Source: Bacteroidota bacterium (GTDB lineage: Bacteria; Bacteroidota; Bacteroidia; Cytophagales; MED-G16). From it: 52,003 bases of DNA. A model generated the notes under the pieces. It worked only from the letters and a program-made list of their open reading frames with translations, was not told the origin of the DNA and made no database searches. A program made the translations under genes and the position numbers. Below, piece by piece: positions 1 to 7,177 of the stretch (position 1 is the first letter of the stretch; each line of letters opens with the position of its first letter). Location of the stretch: NCBI GenBank assembly GCA_036166035.1, contig JAYZHZ010000103.1, positions 1 to 52,003 on the forward strand. The letters are read 5' to 3'.

Positions 1-108
1 GATCATTCTTGGGAAGATTATAATTTATTATTCTGATTTAAATATATGAAAAAAAATAAATCAAATAATGGAATCTAACTGGAATTATATTTTGTCAGAT
101 TGCGATAT

Positions 109-810
109 TTAATAATTGTTGTAAAGATCCGTTATTTCTTGTGAATTTAGGATTCTATTCCAGGCACCAAACTGATCTATTTTGCCATACCAAGTTTCAT
201 TGTTGAAACCAAGTTGACTTCCTATAATAAAATCCGTTGCTTCTATAGTTAGAGTATGGTTAGATTGTGTGTGTGTTAATTGGTTATTAATATAAAATTT
301 ATATTCTTTTTCAGATTTATCGTACGTCACAACATAATGCTTCCAATTTGTATCGGTCAAATAATCGTCTGTAGCATGATTTGCGTTCCAACTTCCAACC
401 CTATAGTTACCATTATTATTGCCAGTAAATAAACTCCCTAAATGAAACCCTTTATTAGCAGATGCTGTTCCAAAAGAAATTAACCACATTTTTCTACTAG
501 GATATGAACTATTTAGTTTTGCCCACAATGATACGGTAAAATCATCATCAAGAAGTTCAGAAAATTGACCGGTTATTTTATCACCTGCATCATCTAATTC
601 AACAGCACTATTTGCCGTTCCATTTTTGTCGGTAGTTGCCTCTGCCCCACTAAGCGAATATCCCGATTCGCCGGATGAAAAATCAAAGAAAGCTATTTGA
701 CCTTCAGTAGGTATTTTTTTTTGAGATTGAACACCAAAAAAAGAAGGTAAAAAAGTTTGTCCATTTGCACTATTAATAAAAATAGACATGAATATTATTA
801 TAAATCTCAA
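109..810 (-). CDS. Secreted LamG / concanavalin-A-like lectin domain protein
   Basis: 233-aa ORF. The signal peptide (MRFIIIFMSIFINSANG|Q) exists only if the TTG at 808-810 is the start. LamG-type pattern present (SLWAKL, WKHYVVTYD, FYINNQL, FIIGSQ, WYGKIDQFGAWNRILNSQEI). The start codon directly abuts the TAA stop (811-813) of the upstream ORF. Confidence 0.7.
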   Translation of the reverse strand: MRFIIIFMSIFINSANGQTFLPSFFGVQSQKKIPTEGQIAFFDFSSGESGYSLSGAEATTDKNGTANSAVELDDAGDKITGQFSELLDDDFTVSLWAKLNSSYPSRKMWLISFGTASANKGFHLGSLFTGNNNGNYRVGSWNANHATDDYLTDTNWKHYVVTYDKSEKEYKFYINNQLTHTQSNHTLTIEATDFIIGSQLGFNNETWYGKIDQFGAWNRILNSQEITDLYNNY

Positions 811-1569
811 TTATAATTCCTTTATTTTAATATTTCTAAATTCAACAGGATGACCCTCAGACTGCAAAGAAATATACCCTTCTTCTAAAGGAAAATCTAT
901 TTTGTTTATATAATTGCTTGGCACTTCATCTCCACCCACCCTAATATTTGTGTATGTTAATACTGTGTCATTTTCTATCACATGGTGGATTAAAGAGTCA
1001 GAATATACTATTACCTCTACCTCTAACCAATCGTCCACATTATAAGTTTTAGAGTTTGAGTTAATGCAGTGAAATTTTGCTTTTTTATTGTTTATATCAA
1101 CATCGGTTCCGGGTGTGCAAATATTTGCAGTTGTCCTCTCCCCATCTCCGAGACCACCTAATAACTGCGCTTCAGCACTAACCGGAAATTCTTGATCGAT
1201 TAACATGGTTTCGGGATCTTGACAATGAAGCATTATTCCACTATTTTTTACAGACCATCCTGGAGCTCCCTTCAGGTGATCACCACTAAATTTATACTCT
1301 AACCTTAAGCGATAATTCCTATATTTTTTGTTAGCATAAAAAATATGACCAAACTTTTCGTCAAAAAACTCATAGTTTTCATAGGAAATTTTTATAGATC
1401 CATCTTTGACCTTAAACGTATTATTATAATTATCTCCTAATTCATGTCCTCTTATTTTAATTTTCCATCCATCAAGATTTGAACCGTTGAATAAATATTT
1501 CCACTCATTCTCTTCATTTGGTATAAGTGATAAGAAAATAATACACAAATAATTAATTAAAAAATACAT
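811..1569 (-). CDS. DUF1080 (3-keto-disaccharide hydrolase-like, ConA-like fold) exported protein
   Basis: 252-aa ORF with a hydrophobic N-terminus. DUF1080 hallmarks: WKYLFNGSNLDGWK near the N-terminus, FKVKDGSI, NSGIMLH, and a C-terminal GYISLQSEGHPVEFRNIKIKEL. Confidence 0.75.
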   Translation of the reverse strand: MYFLINYLCIIFLSLIPNEENEWKYLFNGSNLDGWKIKIRGHELGDNYNNTFKVKDGSIKISYENYEFFDEKFGHIFYANKKYRNYRLRLEYKFSGDHLKGAPGWSVKNSGIMLHCQDPETMLIDQEFPVSAEAQLLGGLGDGERTTANICTPGTDVDINNKKAKFHCINSNSKTYNVDDWLEVEVIVYSDSLIHHVIENDTVLTYTNIRVGGDEVPSNYINKIDFPLEEGYISLQSEGHPVEFRNIKIKEL

Positions 1570-1589
1570 AGATCTAAATATAAAAGGTT

Positions 1590-1620
1590 TTTGAATAATA
1601 AAGAGATAATTGTAGGTTTA
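1590..1620 (+). promoter_or_regulatory. Putative Bacteroidota-type promoter: TTTG (1590-1593), N19, TAGGTTTA (1613-1620); box ends 4 nt before ATG 1625
   Basis: Counted directly. Matches the -33 TTTG / 19-nt spacer / -7 TAnnTTTG layout with 5 of 6 specified box positions. The same architecture recurs at six other sites. Confidence 0.55.
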
Positions 1621-1624
1621 TAAT

Positions 1625-2320
1625 ATGAAACGATTTTTATTTCTACAATTAATATTATGTTCATGCTTAAACAATAATTCTTATAATGATGGTTGGATTC
1701 AACTTTTTAATGGAAATGATCTATCCGGTTGGGAAATTAGAAATGGTACTGCTGAAATTAGTGTTTTAAACAATGAAATTGTCGGAAAAACAGTTAAAAA
1801 CACTCCTAATACTTTCTTATGTACAAAGGAAGATTATAGAAATTTCATCTTAGAGTTTGAGGTAAATGTTGAAAATGATATTAATTCAGGTGTACAGATA
1901 AGAAGCAATAGCATCAGCAAATACAAAGATGGTGTGGTTCACGGGTATCAAATTGAAATTGATCCTTCAGATAGAGCCTACAGCGGAGGGATCTTTGACG
2001 AAAGAAGAAGGGGTTGGTTATATGATCTATCTGAAAACAAAAAAGGACGTGAAGCTTTTAATGTCAATGCTTGGAACAAGTTTCATGTAGAGGCCATAGA
2101 AGATACAATCAGAACGTGGGTAAATGGAGTTCAATGTTCATATTTTATTGATAGTCTATCAGACACTGGTTTTATTGGTCTTCAGGTTCATGGTGTTGGA
2201 GGTATGACCAAACCAGGAAAATATGTTAAATTTAAAAACATTAGGATTAAAACTAAAAATTTAGAGGATGATCTATGGTCAATTAGAGATGATTTAAAAA
2301 TTATAAATCTTAAAAGATGA
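1625..2320 (+). CDS. DUF1080 (3-keto-disaccharide hydrolase-like) lipoprotein
   Basis: 231-aa ORF with a lipobox (LILCSC). Motifs: GWIQLFNGNDLSGWE, NSGVQIRS, GYQIEIDPS, FIGLQVHG, VKFKNIRIK. Its stop overlaps the next start (ATGA at 2317-2320). Confidence 0.8.
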   Translation: MKRFLFLQLILCSCLNNNSYNDGWIQLFNGNDLSGWEIRNGTAEISVLNNEIVGKTVKNTPNTFLCTKEDYRNFILEFEVNVENDINSGVQIRSNSISKYKDGVVHGYQIEIDPSDRAYSGGIFDERRRGWLYDLSENKKGREAFNVNAWNKFHVEAIEDTIRTWVNGVQCSYFIDSLSDTGFIGLQVHGVGGMTKPGKYVKFKNIRIKTKNLEDDLWSIRDDLKIINLKR

Positions 2321-3504
2321 AAAGAAGAAAGTTTATTAAAAATACTGGAAAAAGTGTTGGAGGAATTGTCTCATTACCCCTAATTACAGGATTTAACATA
2401 TCAAAAAATTTAAACTCGAGTGTTAATATTGGTATTATTGGTACTGGATCAAGAGGAGGAGGATTAATCCCATTTATCAATGAAATAGAAAATCTCAACG
2501 TAGTAGCATGCTGTGATATACTTCCTTTTCGTCTAAATGATGCACTAAAAAAATCACCAGAAAAAACTATTGCATATGAAAACTATAAAGATTTACTGAA
2601 CAATAATGACATTGATGCTGTACTAATTGCAACACCATTCTCAACTCATCACATAATTGCAAATGATGCTATTGATTCAGGGAAACACATATACTGTGAA
2701 AAAACTTTATGTAGAGGTGTTGCAAACAATTTAAACCTAGTAAAAAAAGTAAAAAATTCTAATATCATTTTCCAGACTGGACATCAATATCATAGTTCAA
2801 GACTCTACAAACACGTTGTAGATATGATTAACTCAAATGAAATAGGAAAAATAACTTCTTTTGATTGTCAATGGAATAGAAATGGAAACTGGAGAAGGCC
2901 TGTTCCTGATCCTAGTCTGGAAAGATTAATTAATTGGAGAATGTACAAGGAGTACTCAGGTGGACTAGTAGCTGAATTGTGTTCGCATCATATCGATTTT
3001 GTGAATTGGGTAATAGGTGAAAATCCAAAAAAGATTATGGGATCTGGGGGAATAGATTACTGGAATGACGGAAGAGAAACATTTGATAATGTTCACTTAT
3101 TATTTAATTATCCAAGTGGTATAAAAGCAAAATTTACTTCTTTAACTTCAAATGCACTTGGAGACTATCAAATCAAAATTCATGGTGATAAGGGATCTAT
3201 ATTATTAGATTATGCTAAAGCATGGATATACCCAGAGAAAAAATCGGACACAACATATGAAAATGTTGATGGAGTATCAGGAGCAACAGCAAAACCATGG
3301 ATACAAGGAAATGGCAATCCAATTGACTATGAGCACGAAGATCCATCAAAACAGGCACTGGTAGACTTTAGAGACAATATTTTAAATAATAAAACTCCTT
3401 TATCAAATGTATTAACTGGTTCTTCAACAGCTATAGCAGTAGATCTTTCGTTACAAGCTTTACATAATGAAAAAATCATGTATTGGAGAAATTACTATAA
3501 CTAA
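2317..3504 (+). CDS. Tat-exported Gfo/Idh/MocA family NAD(P)-dependent oxidoreductase
   Basis: 395-aa ORF. Twin-arginine signal MKRRKFIKNTGKSVGG, Rossmann motif IGIIGTGSRGGG, and an EKP-like motif (YCEKTL). Length and layout are typical of periplasmic glycoside/sugar dehydrogenases. Translationally coupled to the upstream DUF1080 gene. Confidence 0.8.
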   Translation: MKRRKFIKNTGKSVGGIVSLPLITGFNISKNLNSSVNIGIIGTGSRGGGLIPFINEIENLNVVACCDILPFRLNDALKKSPEKTIAYENYKDLLNNNDIDAVLIATPFSTHHIIANDAIDSGKHIYCEKTLCRGVANNLNLVKKVKNSNIIFQTGHQYHSSRLYKHVVDMINSNEIGKITSFDCQWNRNGNWRRPVPDPSLERLINWRMYKEYSGGLVAELCSHHIDFVNWVIGENPKKIMGSGGIDYWNDGRETFDNVHLLFNYPSGIKAKFTSLTSNALGDYQIKIHGDKGSILLDYAKAWIYPEKKSDTTYENVDGVSGATAKPWIQGNGNPIDYEHEDPSKQALVDFRDNILNNKTPLSNVLTGSSTAIAVDLSLQALHNEKIMYWRNYYN

Positions 3505-6500
3505 TTGTTATTAATAAATCTTCCCTTAGTATAAGGTGCTCCAATTTCTTTTAGCTTTTTCTCTAAATTTTTTACATCCTCAACTAAATCTTCTATTTTT
3601 TCCTTAATTGGAATAAATTCCTCCGTTGCAATTTTAAAACTTTCCAAATGCGTTACGGTAGGTGATGCTGTGGAATATTTTTGTTCATATCCCAAAGAAC
3701 CTATTCTTGAAGAAGGAGTTGGTATTTGTTGAATGTCCAGCCTACTTTTTACATTGTCACCATAAAAGAGAGTATTTATCTCTCTAGTTTTTAATTCAAC
3801 ATTTCTAATTATTTCAGACAATTCGTCAATAGGCTTTTCAACTAATTTATTAGCCTCTTTAATGTATCTAATTTTTTCATTTACTTCTGAAATAATTCTT
3901 GAGTATGAATTAATTTCTCCCTGTAATTTGGATACTTTTCTTTGGAATGCAACTTTAGCTTCTCTATCCTCAGCAGGTAAAACTGTGTTATCTAGTGCTT
4001 CAACGACAAAATCTTTTTCAGGCACCAATTCTTGAAGTTTGCCTTTGTGAAGGTAATCCATTCTGATTGTATATCTTCCAGGTTCCACCAAAGTACCTTC
4101 TTTTACGCCAGAAAAAGGATTGTAAAACGAAGAAGAACTTAAATCAATAGGATCCTTAACTTCATATCTTAAATTCCATTTTAACCTATGAACTCCTTTA
4201 GATGGTTTTCTAAAAACCTTCTTAACAACTAAATTATCTTCATTTTTTATAGTAAAAACAAGCTGTGGTTTTTCCTCATTTACTTCTGCATCTAACTCAT
4301 CATAAGAAGGGTATGCAACGTTTTTTTTGCTTTTTATAAGTGTTTTTTCTTTCTTTTGTCTCAACTCTTTCAAAGATTTATAGTCTTCATGGTAATAGTA
4401 AGTTATCATCGCAACAGGATCTAAATTTTCAGCGACATAAAAATTATCTCCTTGAAAGGCTTTTCCTGGAAGTCCTAGTGGATTAGACTTTTCCCACATC
4501 AAAGCTTTTCTTGTAGAATAAATTTCACCCTTATTTTGAATTTCAGTGTTCTCAATTTTTCTAAGAACCGAATAGTCATCCATTACGTAAAAACCTCTAC
4601 CAAATGTTCCTAAAACAATATCATCCATATCTCTTTGAATAGCAATATCTCTTACAGCAATAGTTGGTAAACCACTTGATAATTTTTTCCACCTTTCGCC
4701 ATAATTTGGAGAGAAAAATACTCCAAATTCTGTTCCACAAAATATTAAACCAGGGTCTTCATGATCTTCTTCTATAGCGTATACACTACCTCTTTCTGGT
4801 AAATTATTAGTTATTGAATTCCATGTATTTCCTCTGTCTTTCGATTTAAATATATAAGGTTTAAAATCACCGTATTTATGATGATTAAATGCTACATAAA
4901 TTAAATTTTTGTCGTGTTGAGATAAGTACACTGAATTTACATAAGACTGTATTGGGGCTCCAGGAATATTATCAATTTTTTTCCAAGTGCTACCACCATT
5001 TTCAGTTATCTGAACTAATCCATCATCAGTACCTATAACTAATAAATCTTCATTTATTGGTGATTCGGAAAAAGCGACAATTGTTCCGTATGGTGAAGTA
5101 GCTCCATTTTTTTCAACTGCATCAATACTTAAAACTCTATCATAAACTTTTAACTTATTTCTATCAATTTTTCTTGATAAATCATCACTAATTACATTCC
5201 AGCTATTTCCATAATCATCAGACCTAAAAACTTTATTGGCGGCAAAATAAATTCTCCCATTTTTGTGATGACTTACAGCCAGAGGAGCATCCCAATTCCA
5301 TTTGTAGCTTAACTCACCTTTTCTTGGAACAGGTTTAATTCCAACTTCTTCCCCACTTAATTTATCATACCTCACCAACCATCCATACTGAGATTGAGCA
5401 TACACAATGTTGGGATTCTCAGGATCAACCTGTGATTCAAAACCATCTCCTCCATGGGTTATAAACCAATCTTGATTGGATATACCATGAGAATTATTAA
5501 CTCTCGATGGTCCGCCAATACTAAAATTATCTTGGGTTCCTCCATAAATATTATAAAATGGCTTCGCATTATCAACTGCAACTTTATAGAACTGAGTGAT
5601 AGGTAAGTTCTTTTTAAAATCCCAATTTTTAGCTGCATCAAAAGTTTCATAAATTCCTCCATCACATCCAACTAGCCAGTGTTTGTTATTAGTTGGATTT
5701 ATCCACATAGCATGGTTGTCTACATGTTTAAAATCTTCCCCAACATTTTTGAATGTTTTCCCTCCATCATGAGTTACAGACATCCATGTATCCATAACAT
5801 AAACAGTTTCTAAATCTATGGGGTCAGCAAATATTTCTTGGTAATAATTTCCGCTTGTATATTTATCACTCTGTTTCTCCCAAGATTCACCCATATTAGT
5901 TGATTTATAGAAACCACCTTTTCTTTCTGCGGCTTCAACAATTGCATAAATAACATTATTATCTACTGGTGAAATATCAAGCCCAATCCTTCCTAATTCA
6001 ACAGATGGAAGTCCTTTATTTATTTTTTTCCATGATTTACCTGCATCAGTAGACTTGTATAATCCTGAACCGGGACCACCACCCACATAAGTGTACACAT
6101 GTCTTCTTCTTTGATGACTGGCAGCATAAAGAATATTAGGATTTTTTGGATCCATGTGAATTTCATTTACTCCTGTGTGTTCATCTACATATAATATTCT
6201 ATCCCAATTTTTACCACCATCTACACTTTTATAAAGACCTCTATCTCCTCCTTTTTTCCAGAGAGGTCCGTAGGCAGAAACATATATAATATCAGAGTTT
6301 TTTGGATGAACAATAATATTTCCTATATGTTCTGATTTTTTAAGACCCATATTTTTCCATGATTTACCACCATCTTCCGACTTATATACTCCATCTCCAT
6401 AAGGCACAGATCTCTGATTATTATTTTCACCAGTACCTACCCAAATCACGTTAGGATTATTTGGGTCTATGGTAACACATCCTATAGAATAAGAATCTTC

Positions 6501-6776
6501 GCTATCAAATACAGGAGTATAGTTTAATCCCCAATTTGATGTTTTCCATACTCCTCCTGAAGCGACAGCAACATAATATTCAAAAGGATTTTTTGTATTT
6601 ACAGCGATATCTGATATTCGACCTGAAGTTAGAGCAGGTCCTACTGACCTCCATTTAAGTGCATTTATTGATATTTTATCTAGAGGATGAGACTGCTGTT
6701 GTTTCTTCTTTTGAGAAAAAGAAGAAAAGTTTATAAATAATAATAAGTTTAATAATATTAATGTGGATTTTTTCAT
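3501..6776 (-). CDS. Sortilin/VPS10-like Asp-box (BNR) beta-propeller protein, secreted, with helical C-terminal region
   Basis: 1091-aa ORF with a signal peptide (…FSSFSQ). About 10 Asp-box motifs S/T-x-D-x-G-x-x-W (SEDGGKSW, SVDGGKNW, STDAGKSW, THDGGKTF, TENGGSTW, SKDRGNTW and others). Clear paralogue of 27163..30192 along the whole length. Confidence 0.75.
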   Translation of the reverse strand: MKKSTLILLNLLLFINFSSFSQKKKQQQSHPLDKISINALKWRSVGPALTSGRISDIAVNTKNPFEYYVAVASGGVWKTSNWGLNYTPVFDSEDSYSIGCVTIDPNNPNVIWVGTGENNNQRSVPYGDGVYKSEDGGKSWKNMGLKKSEHIGNIIVHPKNSDIIYVSAYGPLWKKGGDRGLYKSVDGGKNWDRILYVDEHTGVNEIHMDPKNPNILYAASHQRRRHVYTYVGGGPGSGLYKSTDAGKSWKKINKGLPSVELGRIGLDISPVDNNVIYAIVEAAERKGGFYKSTNMGESWEKQSDKYTSGNYYQEIFADPIDLETVYVMDTWMSVTHDGGKTFKNVGEDFKHVDNHAMWINPTNNKHWLVGCDGGIYETFDAAKNWDFKKNLPITQFYKVAVDNAKPFYNIYGGTQDNFSIGGPSRVNNSHGISNQDWFITHGGDGFESQVDPENPNIVYAQSQYGWLVRYDKLSGEEVGIKPVPRKGELSYKWNWDAPLAVSHHKNGRIYFAANKVFRSDDYGNSWNVISDDLSRKIDRNKLKVYDRVLSIDAVEKNGATSPYGTIVAFSESPINEDLLVIGTDDGLVQITENGGSTWKKIDNIPGAPIQSYVNSVYLSQHDKNLIYVAFNHHKYGDFKPYIFKSKDRGNTWNSITNNLPERGSVYAIEEDHEDPGLIFCGTEFGVFFSPNYGERWKKLSSGLPTIAVRDIAIQRDMDDIVLGTFGRGFYVMDDYSVLRKIENTEIQNKGEIYSTRKALMWEKSNPLGLPGKAFQGDNFYVAENLDPVAMITYYYHEDYKSLKELRQKKEKTLIKSKKNVAYPSYDELDAEVNEEKPQLVFTIKNEDNLVVKKVFRKPSKGVHRLKWNLRYEVKDPIDLSSSSFYNPFSGVKEGTLVEPGRYTIRMDYLHKGKLQELVPEKDFVVEALDNTVLPAEDREAKVAFQRKVSKLQGEINSYSRIISEVNEKIRYIKEANKLVEKPIDELSEIIRNVELKTREINTLFYGDNVKSRLDIQQIPTPSSRIGSLGYEQKYSTASPTVTHLESFKIATEEFIPIKEKIEDLVEDVKNLEKKLKEIGAPYTKGRFINNN

Positions 6777-6803
6777 TTTAGGTTCTTATTGTTAATAAAT
6801 TTT

Positions 6804-6817
6804 TAGATTTAAATCTA
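6804..6817. repeat. Perfect 14-nt palindrome TAGATTTAAATCTA
   Basis: Read directly. It equals two back-to-back TAGATTTA boxes. Confidence 0.8.
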
Positions 6818-6840
6818 TCAATAAATAAGAATAACTCCAA
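6810..6840 (-). promoter_or_regulatory. Putative promoter of sortilin-like gene 3501..6776: TTG, N20, TAGATTTA, then a ~33-nt A-rich leader region
   Basis: On the minus strand: ATTG (complement of 6838-6841), 20 nt, TAGATTTA (complement of 6810-6817). Confidence 0.4.
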
Positions 6841-6842
6841 TC

Positions 6843-7175
6843 TTATGTCCCTGCATACACCCACCCATCACTTCCTGACTCAAATATGACTTTTTTTCTG
6901 GAATATTCATCAACTTCATATTTATCAGCAAGTAACAATTCATCATGTGATATTTCAAATAGTACACCTTCTACAAAATCTTCTCTTTTCCCAGTATACT
7001 TAATAATTGGATGATTATCTGTTCCACTAGAATTAATAACAGATTTATCATGAATTTTAACTCTTTCAATTTTATGTTTAAACAATTTATCCTTTTTCCC
7101 ATCTAGTTTTCTTCCAAAAGTGTCCAATTGGACAGCTTCGTACTGAAGAGTACCATAAGAAAATAATTTTTCCAT
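6843..7175 (-). CDS. Gamma-glutamylcyclotransferase-like (AIG2/GGACT family) protein
   Basis: Small ORF with the family's N-terminal MEKLFSYGTLQ motif. I prefer the ATG at 7175; the track's start at 7208 would overlap the upstream permease by 31 nt and add 11 atypical residues. Confidence 0.6.
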   Translation of the reverse strand: MEKLFSYGTLQYEAVQLDTFGRKLDGKKDKLFKHKIERVKIHDKSVINSSGTDNHPIIKYTGKREDFVEGVLFEISHDELLLADKYEVDEYSRKKVIFESGSDGWVYAGT

Positions 7176-7177
7176 AT

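Noticed and set aside
1-36. Possible 3' end of a plus-strand CDS (frame 1 reads DHSWEDYNLLF then a stop).
   Set aside because: Only 11 codons are visible, which is too short to support a call. It may equally be non-coding.
109-1569. DUF1080 and LamG ORFs are in the same frame, separated by a single TAA. Could this be a read-through fusion or a pseudogenised single gene?
   Set aside because: The downstream ORF begins with its own plausible signal peptide (MRFIIIFMSIFINSANG). Both ORFs are complete domains, so two coupled genes is the simpler reading.
1619-1624. Canonical sigma-70 -10 hexamer TATAAT directly abutting ATG 1625 (and again at 24913-24918).
   Set aside because: A -10 element touching the start codon leaves no room for a TSS upstream of the ATG. 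The TTTG-N19-TAGGTTTA reading fits the Bacteroidota promoter model and recurs at other genes.
2310-2498. 62-aa minus-strand ORF overlapping the DUF1080/oxidoreductase junction. The same applies to the other short nested or antisense ORFs: 5459-5671, 12365-12592, 15057-15281, 15844-16080, 18205-18396, 19486-19719, 19984-20252, 20411-20599, 28599-28796, 32345-32575, 35544-35726 and 50021-50206.
   Set aside because: Each lies entirely inside, or antisense to, a long ORF with clear family motifs. They are short, low-complexity, rich in Ile/Leu/Phe/Lys as expected from AT-rich antisense frames, and have no recognisable motifs or upstream TAGRTT box.
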